Positions 25,501 to 38,214 of a stretch of 64,000 nt of DNA are shown one piece after another (the first letter of the stretch is position 1; every line of letters starts with the position of its first letter). Position numbers and translations under genes: made by a program. The notes below the pieces were generated by a model that ran no database searches, was not told the DNA's origin, and saw only the letters and a program-made list of their open reading frames with translations. This stretch comes from Neodothiora populina (taxonomy: Eukaryota): the NCBI RefSeq assembly GCF_041146345.1, contig NW_027191413.1:2666001-2730000 (forward strand), written 5' to 3'.

Positions 25501-26492
25501 GTCATGAGAAAACCGGACTCGCTTATCAATGCAACCTCGACTTGGATAGGAGAGCTCGTTTCTTCCTGATAATTAGCAGTCCTACATTACGAGAATCATA
25601 ATATGTTACTAGCAAAAATAATCGTCGCACTTGGTCGTGATTTGAATGTGTGGTCTCGCAGCTACACGCGTGCTGGATGATGAATTCTGGTATTTGCGCT
25701 CATTGAGGTTGGATTGTCTAAGATAGCTCTTGCGACTGGAAATTGTCGGGACACCACCGAAACTCACGGCTTTCGTTGGCGATGGTGGCATGTTCTACGA
25801 GATGCCCAGTAACGTCGGCAGCATGGCAGATGGATGACAGCGGACTGGCATCCTTTCACTAATCTGTTCCCGTGTCCGTAGCATTGCACTGATAAGAAAG
25901 GCAAGTGGTGTTCATTGGTGATAGATCTGATGACCCGTTCGGGGATGGCATGATACCCGTCACGCCTGAGACGACACATCACGCATCGCCATCGGCATTA
26001 CTAGACTCACGGCGATTCTGTGGTGTCTAAGCTTCGTACATTTGGCTTGTATGGTACGCAGTAGTCGACCGCTTTGCCGCAAGCATGAATGGCCGTTGAC
26101 TACTGCTGTGACCGACGATGGCAGCGTGCGCTCAGAAAATAACATACAGCACAAGGCAAACACATGGCTGTCTGTGGAGGGGTAAAAGCTATAAAGATTA
26201 TTGTCGCGAGTCGTGCAATACCTGCATCGTCATTCGATCATCTCGATGTCTTCCACCGCTCAACAAATGAGGTCAAAGCGGGATAAACCGGAGCTTCCTC
26301 GGCGATGATGAAACCTCACATGGAGGGGTCTGACTTCATAACAAGTGGGGTTTCGGGCAGTCAGCCTTTTGATTTCTTCAGCTCAACCAACACATATCTT
26401 CCCTCTCGCACCCTGCATCTTTGCTCCAATCACTCACACTCTATTCCCAATCACAACCTTTTTCTACCTCATCCCAAACACACATCTCAATC

Positions 26493-27379
26493 ATGGCCCC
26501 CGCTGTCCTCAAGAAGACCGGCGTCATCTACGGCGATGATGTCAAGGACCTCTTCAAGTACGCCCAGGAGAAGAAGTTCGCCATCCCCGCTGTGGTATGT
26601 GAAACTATCATCTGAATGTGTATATACATGTGCTTTTGCTGACCATTGCCCAGAACTGCACTTCCTCCTCGACTGTCGTTGCTACCCTCGAGGCTGCCAG
26701 AGACAACAAGTCCCCCATCATCATCCAGGTAGGAAGCTGCACAGCGACAAATTCTGCAGGGTCCACCACCATACTGATACAGCTCCATAGGTCTCCCAGG
26801 GTGGTGCTGCTTACTTCGCCGGTAAGGGTGTTGCCAACGGCAACCAGGAGGCTTCCATTGCTGGTTCCATTGCCGCTGCCCACTACGTCCGCGCTCTCGC
26901 TCCCGCATACGGCATCCCCGTCGTCCTCCACACCGACCACTGCGCCAAGAAGCTCCTCCCATGGCTCGACGGCATGATGGAGGCCGATGAGGCTTTCTTC
27001 AAGGCCAACGGCACTCCTCTGTAAGCATTCAATCACTAATTGCATCCTCGTGCTCGTGCTGACCGACGCCAGCTTCTCTTCCCACATGATCGATCTTTCC
27101 GAGGAGGAGGTCGACTGGAACATCCAGACCACCAAGAAGTACCTCGAGCGTGCCGCCCCCATGAAGCAGTGGCTCGAGATGGTGCGTTGATATCTGATAT
27201 CTATATTTATTCCTGGCACATAACTAACAGCCACACAGGAGATCGGTATCACCGGTGGTGAGGAGGATGGCGTCGACAACTCTGAGGTTGACAACAACTC
27301 CCTTTACACCCAACCCGAGGACATCTACAACATCTACAAGGCCCTCTCCGAGGTCTCCCCTTACTTCTCCATTGCCGCT

Positions 27380-27411
<32 letters not shown>

Positions 27412-27802
27412 TGGCAACGTCAAGCTCCGACCTGAGCTCCTCAGCAAGCACCAGAAGTACGTCCAGGAGAAGACTGGCTCCAAGGACGACAAGCCCGTCT
27501 TCCTCGTCTTCCACGGTGGCTCTGGCTCCAGCAAGCAGGACTACCTCGACGCCATCTCCTACGGTGTCTGCAAGGTCAACCTCGACACTGACCTCCAGTA
27601 CGCCTACACCGAGGGTATCCGCGACTACATGATCAGCAAGAAGGACTACCTCAGCAGCCAGGTCGGCAACCCCGACGGTGCTGACAAGCCCAACAAAAAG
27701 TACTACGATCCGAGGACTTGGGTTAGATCTGGCGAGCAGACGATGAGCAAGCGTGTCGCTATCGCCCTCAAGGATTTCAACACTGCTGGCCAGCTTGCTT
27801 AA
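26493..27802 (+). CDS. FBA1: Class II fructose-1,6-bisphosphate aldolase
   Basis: FAIPA, VLHTDHCAKKLLPW, FSSHMIDLSEE, EIGITGGEEDGVDN, FGNVHGVYKPG, VFHGGSGS, PNKKYYDPR; four introns. Confidence 0.98.
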
Positions 27803-28716
27803 ATTTTGGCGACGAAGTGATTTTGAAAAAAGAAGATTTTTTGATGAGAGAAACATCTTTGCAGCACACATCTGCCAAGGCAGACCTTGATAGGATGCAA
27901 TGCTGTAGTCATGAAATGATGTAGTCTCTGATATTAGTTTACGGAACCAAAGAAATACCATATATTGTATATAATCGAAGGGTTTTTGTCCACCGACGCC
28001 GAAGTCTATTCTTTCCCATACCACCAAGGCATGCCGACACGCAAGGAACATCAGCAAGAAACCACTATCACTGTGTTTTGAATGCTAGACAATCGCCATA
28101 TGACTAAAGGGCAAGTAAATATTGAGTATCGGGTTATCGCGACTATGGTCGGACGTCTGTGACTCGGCACCTACAACCTCGGCAAGAAGCCCTCCTTCGG
28201 CTTCGATTCACGGTAGCTATCTATTCTTTTGCGCAACACATCATACGCTATACGATATTCTACAGGAACAGTCGACGTGATGGAAGACTAAATGACTCGC
28301 ATCGGGAATTGATCATGGTATGTGGTATGTGCTGCATAATGGTTTCATCGGGGCAGAAGCAAGTTGTGAATCTAAAAGTTCTCGATCTCCAAATATCTGG
28401 AATAAAAGAAATCAAAGTAAATCCAGAGAGAGTTAGTAAGCTCCTTTTTTCTTCATATTTTCATTTTGATTCCCATTTTCTAGGGACTTTTTCCAAAAAG
28501 AAAAAAGAACAAAAAAGAACTGAGAATCGAGAAGCTTTGTTAAGAAAAAGGGGCATTTCCAATTTGATTGGTCCTGTTTTATCAACAAGGACTTATTGCT
28601 CTGGTGAATATCAGATAAAAACCTTTTGAAGCTACTGATCATTCTCGCCCTCAGGCGCTAAATCTCTCCCCAAACCGAAAATCGCAAAATAATGTGAACA
28701 ATATGCCTGCGTCTTT

Positions 28717-29454
28717 CTAGACCAGGGTGCATCTGGCAACCAGTTCGCCAATCTTCGTCAAGCTGTTGTTCTCGGCCAAAGTTGTGTTCTTATCGTCATC
28801 GTCCGAAACGTTGCTCTTCGCAGAAAAGATATCGTCATCATCGTCATCATCATCGCCGGCTTTGGGAGCGTTTCTGTCCTTGGAAAGCTGTCTGGGTTTG
28901 GCAGACCAGCGTTCACGGCGCTGTTCAACAGTGCGAGCCATGTCGTCTTTGTCGCGATAGTTTGGGAAAACGAAGACCCTGTCAAAGTCGACCAAGCGGC
29001 CCTCGCAAATCCCATGAGAAGCGTCCGCCATCGCATAGAACCTGGCAATTGTTCCCTCGTTGCACACACCGACTCGGAAGACGCGATCATTACGCGGAAC
29101 GGTAAGGGGGTCGTCGACGTTATAAATGGCTCGTCCGAGTCTGCGGCGGCCAGTGAAACCGGGAATCTCGACGCTGAACTTGGCCTTGTGGGTGGGTGCG
29201 GCATCAGGGACGAATAATGCAACCCACAGAAGTCGATCGTAGTCTTCTGGAGTTTCTTCGAACTCCCATTCGTCGGAGTCCAGCGGGGTTGCGGTATCGG
29301 TATCTTGCAGTTTACCCAATTTTCCGGCCTTGAGACCGCGAACGTGGAGCCAACAGTCTTCATACTCCGCCGCTGGGAGGCCGTGATCGTACGAAACTCC
29401 GTATATCGTGAACGCCATGTCTTTGACTTCGGTAGTTGGAATAGTATCTTCCAT
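28717..29454 (-). CDS. Orphan protein (~245 aa) with an unrecognised ~180-aa domain and acidic tail; paralog of 30787-32675
   Basis: Intact ORF from MEDTIPTT. TATA-like TATATATAAA at ~29608-29599 and a GTAAGC donor near 29527 (possible 5'UTR intron). Collinear similarity to ORF 31845-32684. Confidence 0.7.
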   Translation of the reverse strand: MEDTIPTTEVKDMAFTIYGVSYDHGLPAAEYEDCWLHVRGLKAGKLGKLQDTDTATPLDSDEWEFEETPEDYDRLLWVALFVPDAAPTHKAKFSVEIPGFTGRRRLGRAIYNVDDPLTVPRNDRVFRVGVCNEGTIARFYAMADASHGICEGRLVDFDRVFVFPNYRDKDDMARTVEQRRERWSAKPRQLSKDRNAPKAGDDDDDDDDIFSAKSNVSDDDDKNTTLAENNSLTKIGELVARCTLV

Positions 29455-29958
29455 GTTTGCGAGTATCGTCTCTCCAAAGTCGTCAAAATTTTGTCTTCGA
29501 GAATTTTGCCAGAATTTCAAGCTTACCTTTGCGTAGTCTGTGGTGTTGTATGAAGTGGTCGAGGTTCGATAGATGCAGAGAAGCGGATGGGTAGGAGATT
29601 TATATATATGGGGAGAGGCCGACATGAAGACAACATGGAAGGAACTACTTACGCGATTGAGATATGGGTGAGCAGAAAAGTGCATCCGAGTGAAGACAGG
29701 CCAGCGAAACTAAAGAGTGAAGAGACAAGAAATTGAATAGAGAGTGTTGCGAATCTCAACGAAGAGAGATAGAATAGCAAGAGTAAAGTGATGCAGAAGA
29801 ATAGGATAATCAAATTCGAGTAAGTGCAGAGCTATAGGTAAGTGAGTTTAAGGAGTGATATAATGCGCAGTTTATACTAGTATAAGTAAGGAGCATATGA
29901 TACTAGATTACTTGTAATATAAAAAAAGTTTGAGTACAATAGCTTTCTCTTACTCTGC

Positions 29959-30123
29959 CACTGCTCACTTAAATACTGCTCACTCAACTATTGCTTGATT
30001 AACTACTGCTCACTCAACTACGACTCACTTAAATGGTGCTCACTTAGATACTGCTCATTCAGCTACTGTTAACTATACTACTGCTCACCAAGCTACTGTT
30101 TACTCAGCTAATGTTCACTTATC
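29959..30123 (+). repeat. 15-bp minisatellite, 11 indel-free units (consensus TACTGCTCACTCAAC)
   Basis: Units read directly at 29959, 29974, 29989 ... 30109, inside AT-rich DNA. Confidence 0.9.
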
Positions 30124-30786
30124 TCAGTGATCAAGCCATGTAAACATAAACCTCCATAGAAATACTGCTGTCGTTTACTCTTCATTTGATGCTTTCTTAT
30201 ACTCTATCGCTTCAGAATCTTCCAAATCTTCAATATTTATTCACTCTTCCTTCAATTTGTTGTAGTTCACTTTCTAACTTGAAATCACACCAGCTTCATT
30301 TTAATTTTCAAGCATGTTTGATTGAGATCTAGAAAAGGTAATGCTCGTTATAGTCTCTTGAGCATTTACTCACTACTTCTCTATTGTAGAAGTGAATGAA
30401 GTTCACATGAAATCAGTCGTTGATCCTTCAGAGATCTATTATTCAGGCTAAAGATCGTTCATGCATCAGAGGAGCCTCACATGATTACTTCAGTCAGCAC
30501 GATAGTCAATTTATTGTATGATCACCTCTATGATCATTAGAATGTGATGGAAAATTCCTACAAGTGAGGTAAACATTTGAGATCTGTTCTTCAGTTCAGC
30601 TAGTCACCTGGTTCTAGCATATCATATTTGCAGAGTGAGGTAGATCCAGCCGCAAAGCATAAGGCATAAGGTAATTTTCAACATTTCATTCCATGGAATT
30701 CAAAACTTGAGGAAGAAGAAACTACTGTTTTGTATGGAAACTCAAATCGCATTTCATTAATTACTGGGTACCTGACGTCCCTTGTC

Positions 30787-32675
30787 CTAGTGACGAGGGC
30801 TAGTCATTTTGGTAGCAAAGAGCAGTAGAAGAGTAAAACTGATTCGAAGCTCATGACGACTCCCGCGCGTGTGCTTGTGTCGGGTTTCCTGCGTTGTCAT
30901 GTCTGGGCATGATGTCTTGGATAGAGGCAGGATTGTCTGAGGAGCTCTCTGGTAAGGAAAAAAAAGAAAAGCAACTTGGCAACAGTGTTCAGAAGAGCGG
31001 CAGAACCGTCCGAATGATGATCTAGCAAGGAAAAGAAAGGGGATCGAAAGTTTGAAGCCGCCGACGGTCTTGGCTGCGAGTTTGCTGATGCTACCAGCAC
31101 ACGCGATTTTCTGCGTCAGTCCTCCTTCCTGCATGGCCATGTTGGACAATGGCATCGTAGAAGAAACCAGGGCTTTCTAAGGATCTCACTCGGCGAGAAA
31201 GCGATCCATCTTATCGATGCATTCCTGTGTAAATACAGTTGTGTCACGAATGCGTCTCGAAGATTCGGCGAGCATGGGAAGGGGAGCTTCCTTCATCGCA
31301 TAGACGAGCTCTGCCCATTCGGGGCATGTAGATGGGCTTGTGCCATTGATGGCAAGCAATCCAAGTCCGTTCATCGACTCCGCCAGTCCGTCTTTTGTGC
31401 GCTGATGCGCCTTCGCCATTTTGTCGCGTACGATCGTCAGGGATGCCATCGGGCCAGGATCGCGTTTGGGCGTAGTAAGAAAGAGCTCATGATCAGGTTC
31501 GGACAAATCCTGCGCCGCACAAACATCATGGGATGTCATTGGTCTTTTCGATGACCTGCCAAAGCTGCTGCCCCCGGCCTGTGTAAGAATTATCTCCGTG
31601 AATTTCCAGATTGTCGAGACTGGATCTGAAGGCTTTGTTATGCCTGAGGCCACTGATATAATACACCATGAATGACCTGTGGTGGCCTTGTTTGACGTAA
31701 CGGTTGCATTCGCGACAGGCGCGGTTCATCAACATGAGGTCCTTGTATGTGAAACTTGGAAATCAGTGAATGACGTCGCGGTATTTAACCTACAAGGTAG
31801 AAAGGCATCGTTAGTCATCCGAAGCAAGAAATGATGGAAAGCGATCATACCTTGAGCTCTGTCAAGGCGAGCCGCGCATGCGTTTCAGTAAAGGGTGTGG
31901 AAGGCTCTGATGAGAGCATACGGCAGATGTTCAAGTTAGAGTTGGAAACGCCTGTGTGTCGGGCGATCGAATCCTCGAGGAGCCTCAGCCAGAAAGTGTC
32001 ATTTGTCTTCTGGAATTGCTGAAAGTACACCTGCGATGCATTGAAAAGATGAGTTTCCTCGAGCCAGGTCCAAACGGTGTCTTCGCTGACAGTGTCATCG
32101 CGGCTACTTCTCAAAAACACTTCGACTTCATCATCCCAGAGATCAATGCGTTCTCCAGTATTCATTGCCTTGTCATCCTCATCACGAAACTTTGGAAGGT
32201 AGAATATTTCGTCTCGGTCGACCAGGCGACCCTCGCAAAGTCCGTCAACAGGATTAGCCAAAGCGAAGTAACCTCTGCCTGTCTCGAGCTCGCAAACACC
32301 GATTCGGAATGCGTGACTACTGTGAGGAACTGTGAGTTGGTTTTGAGCATCACAAATTGCTACATCTTGCTGGCGATAGCCCTGAAAGCCCTCAATCGCA
32401 GCACCAGTTCTGGCCTTATATGCAGCCGCGGCTTCAGGAACATGAACACCAATCCAGAGGAGTCTTCTCAGGGCCTCTGAGCGCTCAAGCTCAACTTCAG
32501 TGGGTTGGATGGGAGGGGCGCTGTCAGTTGCTCGCAACTTACCACCCTCACCTATTTCGAGACCACGCACGTTGAGCCAGTCACACTCGTAGACAGCGGC
32601 CGGAACATGAAGATCATATGCGATTCCTTGCATAGTGAATGCCCTTACTATACGCGTCGACTTCACTTGATGCAT
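30787..32675 (-). pseudogene. Longer, degenerating paralog of the 28717-29454 orphan
   Basis: ORF 31845-32684, intron GTATGA..ACTAAC..TAG (~31850-31790), then VKYRDVIH*FPSFTYKDL in frame with ORF 31526-31735. A frameshift leads to ORF 31186-31653, and two more in-frame stops precede ORF 30787-31155. Confidence 0.6.
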
Positions 32676-33687
32676 TGACTTCACCTGGGTTCATCTATGG
32701 CAGCCTTTCTGCAACACTACTAAAGTCTCTTCTCTGCATCTGCAATCTTCGGCTCCTCAATCCAACACCACTTCCTCTCTTCTCACTTTAGGTAAGTTCT
32801 CTTCCTAGTCAGGTCCACTTTGCATGCGTGTTCCATCCTCCTTCTGTATCTACAAACGTCAACTTCGTTAAGAACCACTCACCAAACGTCTCTTTGCGCT
32901 AACAACTAGCAGAAAGATCCTCTGACATCCGTAGTGGGTGAAGTTCACTCCATCATGGCGCAAAACTCCAGCTTCGATCAGAAGTACAAAGCCATGGGCA
33001 AAACAAGCTAAAGTCAAGATTGGCAAACGGACTGATACACCATTTGCTGTCACAAAAACAGAGGCATATAGATGTAACAGTGTAGTCTGTTTACCCTTCG
33101 AAAGACACTTCCTCTCTTCACATTTTTCTCTCTACTCTGGACTTTGACTAGCGTTTATTCAGCGCGTTAGCTTGACTTGTTACTAATCCCCCGATGCTGC
33201 TGTTCGCTTGCTCTCTTCATCGATTCCTGTAAGTATTATAACATCATAGTAGAAAACAAACCCCTTGTCTTCGATTTATATGCTGAAACTATCTGCTGAC
33301 AAGCTCGTATACTACCTTATATAGGACCAGATTAGAGGTAGGAGAGGAGATAGGGTAATGAAAAGATGCAGAAGTGAAAGCGAAGGCGCACGTGAGCTTC
33401 TACAACTGCCTCATGTTGAGTGTTAAGGGTGTGAAACCGCAATTGGATAATGACACTGTATGTTTACATCACTAGTACGTTCTAATCGATTCTTTGTTCG
33501 TGACTCAGGGTCGGGTTTATATACAAGTGACATCTTTAGCTTGTCTACTACTTCACTTAACACATTGACCTCAGTAAGACTTACTGCACCTCTTGCCGAC
33601 CTACCACTTTCAGTCTGTTATCAACACTTCCTCCCTAATTTGCTCTCTCCAGCCCACATACCACCGACTCAGCAACACCAATACATC

Positions 33688-34017
33688 ATGGAGGGAGTCA
33701 ACGTAGTTGAAACGAGATCTTCCGGTTCCGGTTCCAGCGATCGAGACGTAGTTACATCCCCAGAAGACAACCCACTGATGAGGGTTCAGCAAGCCGTTCC
33801 TATCATACGCGCAAGAGCTGCCGCCCTTGAAGACCTGAAGCAGCGTATTAAGCAGGAAAATAATGCAACGCTCAAAGCAGCATACCGGGTTGAATTGGAG
33901 AAGATGGCCGCTGACATTCGAAAGACTGAAATCGACATTCATGCTATCACACCGGAGTCGCCTGCTCCCCGCAGACGTCCTGTCTTTTTGTCTCTCAACA
34001 TTGACCCCACGGTCTGA
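33688..34017 (+). CDS. Small orphan coiled-coil protein (109 aa)
   Basis: ATG in ATCATGG context after a CT-rich leader; heptad-like LEDLKQRIKQE..LEKMAADIRKTEIDI. Confidence 0.45.
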   Translation: MEGVNVVETRSSGSGSSDRDVVTSPEDNPLMRVQQAVPIIRARAAALEDLKQRIKQENNATLKAAYRVELEKMAADIRKTEIDIHAITPESPAPRRRPVFLSLNIDPTV

Positions 34018-34445
34018 GGTACGAGCAAGATCTTCGCCATGGGTACAAGGATCCAAATAGACTACCGTAGTGCAGTCAGTCCCTTACCATCTGGTTCAAC
34101 GCCCGAGTCAACAGGCGTTATCAGTCTTAGCGATCATCATCTCAAACGATCAATTTGTATCAAGGTGAAATACCTTAGCAGATGAGAAATACCAAAAGAC
34201 AAATGTCTTTATATACTCTACTCTAATCTTGTTGTGTCCCATTCGCTCAATGATTTTATTTGTATGTTTGGTGTCGTTGCTACTGACAGAGTAAGCTTCT
34301 TGGGCTATTAGAGTTTGACGAACAGTACATCCGAAGTCTTCTATCTCGGGGGTAGGTGGCTGTGCTTTTGTTTGTCGCGAAATCTATAGATTTGTTTCTA
34401 TTTCATGTGCCTGTCAGACAGGCCTGACATGAGCTCGGAACTCAA

Positions 34446-35733
34446 CTAGATCTGCAATTTGAGATCCTGAGGAGCGCCATCTGCTTCGCCACTCTTGATC
34501 ATTGCCTCAAGCTAGGATGGGTGTTAGTGTTATCTTGATGCGAGGAAATAGAGCAACAAAACTTACGAATTCCAGATCAGCCAATGCCTCCTGAGGCTTC
34601 AACACATCCGCTTCCTTCACCCCACCAGTAGCTCCAATAGCCTCACTCCAAACCTTGATCTCAGCCTTGACTCCGTTGCCATCATTCTCGAACGACTTCT
34701 CCTCGACTCTTCCGTCCTGGAACTTGATGGTAGTGCGATCGAAACCGACATCAACGATGCCATTTTCGCAGACAACGACAAACTCACTAGCCCTCGGGCC
34801 CGAAGCACCGAAAGAGATGTCCACAGTTCCCACAGCGCCGTTGGTGCATTTGACGGTTCCATTCAAAGTGTCGATGGGAGGAAGCCACTGTCTCGAAAGC
34901 GAGGTGAAAGCACTCACACGGCTGACCTTTGTCTTTCCTCCGGCGAGCAGAACGCGGACTCCAGCCAGGAAATGTACACCGCCGTCCAGAAGGAATCCAC
35001 CCTGATAAGAAGGTGTCTTACGCCAAGAAGTCAGGAAATACTTGTTGCTACCATCGTCTTTGACGAGGAGCTGGACTCTGGCACGGAAGGTCAAGATGCG
35101 GCCCAGAGACTCCGGGATGGCGATCTGGGAGGCTCCGTAGTGGAAACGGGGCAGGTGGCGCCAGTTCTCGGCCACACCCCAGGTCGGGAAAGATGAGGAC
35201 GCAGCTCTCTTGCTTTCGTACCAGGACAGCAGTTCTTGTGCGTCGGCGAGATCTTTTGCAATGGGTTTCTCGCTCAGAACGTGTTTGCCTGCTTCCAGGG
35301 CCTGCTTGATATAGGTAGGCTGCGCGGGGATTGGGAGAGCGATCACGACACCCGAGATGTCATCGCGAGCGAGCAGATCCTTGTAGGAAGGAGTTGCTGA
35401 GTCGTCTGTGTAGATAGTGATCTCATTGTCCTTTGTTAGGGTCTTTGGAATATCAGACAAAAGAGATTTGGCCGAGGAGAGGGAACGAGAATAGAGTGCT
35501 TTGAGGGTCACCAACTCCGAGTTGGCTTCTATAGCGGGCTGTTGCAGTGCGATTAGTTTCGAGACATCCACCCAAGGAACATTTTATGGTCCGGAGGATA
35601 TGTACAATGTGTGATTCAGCGACAAAAAGTCCTAACGTATTTCCATATCAGTACTACAGTACAAGAGCACACACTACTTTTAGTCCAAGGCGATCCTACC
35701 GCTTCCGATTACAGCAATGCCGAGTGGTGCCAT
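34446..35733 (-). CDS. Gfo/Idh/MocA-family NAD(P)-dependent oxidoreductase
   Basis: MAPLGIAVIGSG|LFVAESHI|PAIEAN, AGKHVLSEKPIA, AENWR, GGFLLDGGVH. Three introns; last exon LEAMIKSGEADGAPQDLKLQI*. Confidence 0.93.
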
Positions 35734-37166
35734 TTTCCCAATACAATTCGTGTTCGTTCGTCTCTAATAAGGTTTTGTTTGACAGAAACAAGAGGCGGCG
35801 CTATGGACAGATAGATATACACAGCAATTGTTCTCTATGTGGGGACCTACAGAAAGTGGTAGGGAATACGCTATACAAACCCCACATGACGTGACAACAA
35901 GCGGGCATTTTGCACTTAATGTCGCCATGCTTTTATCCACCAATCTCGCATAGTGCTTTGGTATGTGGCAGCTACAGAGTAAAATACTGATACACTAATA
36001 GTGGACCACTTCCATTCAAGACAGATTTCAAGACAGATGCAGCATCTTTTACCGTACTCGATAAATGTACTTGCGAACGGGCGAAGTCGCGACATTGCGG
36101 AGGACAAGGCGGAGGTAGGCGGGGCATGATAGGAACAAGCCTATCTCCGCCATCTGCGGAAATGTTCCTGGCCGAAGCTAAAGCTATCAAGGACTAATAT
36201 TATTACTGTCCATCCTACGATTAAAGAGTCGATAGCTCTACAAGCACACAATTGCAAGGATTCGTACCAGAAGAATTGAGAACGATATGAGAGCACATCA
36301 GGCCTTGCTTCAGCTCACTACTATTCACGCCTCATCTCCATTCTCTGAGGATCGTAGAAGTGAGCAATCCATGAACAAATGATTGTGTTCAAGTGAAGTG
36401 ACCCTTTGATGCTCTACAGATGCACAATCTTGCTTGATCTTCAAGCTTGAGTGACGGTACTTTCTAGGCAGTGACGACTATTTCCACGTCGATTATTACT
36501 CACTGCCGCAGTATCCGAGTAGTGAATAGATGCTCATTGTTCACTCCTATCGTATCTGAGGGTGAACAGATTACTTGAAAGACTGTAGTGAGCCATGTAA
36601 GATATTGAAGTCCACTACAGCTCGCTCAGTCAGTCTTGCATATTCTTAGGTCAGGTTCCTCAAGAAGTAAGTAAAACAAGAATCATCGATAATGTGAAGC
36701 TAAAATGATCTCAAATTAAAGACTGAAGTCAAGATGACTTCAAAGGAGAGTGAATAGAAGTCGAAAATAAGGGAATGGGAAGATATAAGCAAATAAACAG
36801 CATTCTCATTTATCCCTCACTTTCTTTTTCACCAACTCATAGCTCTTCATTTTCCCTCTACTCACTTATCCTATCACTCTGTACTACTTCTCCTCTGCTC
36901 TTGACTTCTTGGTATACCACAGGGACTGCGTCAGCGTTTGCTCAAAACCAGGCACTATGTAACACAGATCTGGTGTCTCTTCGCGATAGAGAAGCAATTG
37001 CTTTGGACTCCGGCTCCGAATTACCATGTCCGATGAGTGACTGCTCGGCAGTCTTAGCGCACGCTGGAACTTTGAAAAAACACATCAAAGAACAGCACGA
37101 CCAGGTGTCCGAATGGTCACCAAAGCCATGCGAACATAGCTGTTGTCCCACCAGGCACACAGCAAG

Positions 37167-37292
37167 ACCAGGCACTATCAACATCTCAAGAAATAAAGTC
37201 ATCCTCAAGGTCAGCTGTAGCAAGTCATAATGTATTATAACGTTATTAATAGTCTTCAAGATTGCCACTGATCTTGGGTGTGTGCCTGTTCT
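37167..37292 (-). repeat. ~130-150-bp dispersed repeat, copy 1
   Basis: Reverse complement shares ACAGGCACACACC..TATAATACA..CAGCTGAC..TGAGATG..GTGCC with copies 2-4. Confidence 0.8.
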
Positions 37293-37742
37293 TTGGGCGG
37301 GGTTTGTGGTACATGCTGACTGGTGACGAGCAAACGCCGACGCAGTCTCTGTTGTGTAGCGACATCCGGTATTCTTGGTACATTTGAACAAGAATGGGGT
37401 CGGTGGGTTTCTGCTGTTGCGTAAGGCATCTTCCATGGGATATTGCGCCTTGTGCCCAAACCTATACAACAGCACCGGCCGACCTTAGGTTCTAAGGTGT
37501 ACGCTGGACTTTGGGGACTATTCGAATACCTGGTCATGTTGTTCTCAGATGTGTTTTCTTGAGATGGCAGCGTGCGCTGACTTACTCCTAGTAACTCAAG
37601 TTGCTATGTCTCAACCAGAATTCGTAGATGACTCGGAGGAATTCGATTCCTCCGAGGTCGAGTCTAGCGAGGACGATGAGCCCGCAATTCTGCACGGAAG
37701 GAAATCCATTGAGAAGATGATTCAAAACGCAGCCGAGTATCT

Positions 37743-37886
37743 AGAGGACAGGCACACACCCGAGATTAATCGCGATCTCAGAAATTATTGATAATACTAT
37801 AATACACTATGCCTTACTTCAGCTGACTTTATATACGCATCTCATTTTCCCTGAGATGTAAATGGTGCCTAGCCCTATGCCTGGAC
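37743..37886 (+). repeat. ~130-150-bp dispersed repeat, copy 2 (inverted partner of copy 4)
   Basis: Near-identical to the reverse complement of 38645-38792. Confidence 0.9.
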
Positions 37887-38040
37887 TCTCCCCTATGCCT
37901 GAATGTTCCTCTTGCCTGGAATCTGCTCTTGCCTGGACATTCCCTTAGCCTGGACCTTCCTCTAGCCTGGACCTTCCCTTAGCCTGGCCCTTTCGCTTGC
38001 CCGGACTCTCCTCCTGCCCAGTTTTGTCTTGTGCCTGCTT
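37867..38040 (+). repeat. ~17-bp minisatellite (GCCTGGACCTTCCCTTA-like), about 10 units
   Basis: GCCTGG/GCCTGA/GCCCGG recurs every 16-18 nt, continuing from the tail of repeat copy 2. Confidence 0.85.
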
Positions 38041-38087
38041 CAGCCCCTCCCAGTACCTATTTCATCCCCTTCGCCCAGGCCAGCACA

Positions 38088-38214
38088 AGAAACAGGCACA
38101 CACCAAACCAGGCGCATCTCAAGAAATGACAATAATACCATGATATATTATGCTTCACTCCAGCTGACCTTGTAGCAACATTTTTATCCTTGAGATACAG
38201 CAGTGCCTGGCCCT
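38088..38214 (+). repeat. ~130-150-bp dispersed repeat, copy 3 (more diverged)
   Basis: AACAGGCACACACC..ATCTCAAGAAAT..CAGCTGACCTT..TTGAGAT..GTGCCTGG. Confidence 0.75.

Noticed and set aside
21497..27820. Cryptic peroxisomal PTS1 by stop readthrough in NDK1 or FBA1
   Set aside because: Stops are not TGA-CTA type and the extensions do not end in SKL-like tripeptides.
28370..28660. A/T-homopolymer-rich tract as a possible NUMT or foreign insert
   Set aside because: No recognisable mitochondrial or viral gene; cannot be supported without a search.
29959..30123. CRISPR-like array (also considered for 37867-38040 and 54743-54938)
   Set aside because: Eukaryotic context, contiguous tandem units without spacers, no cas genes.
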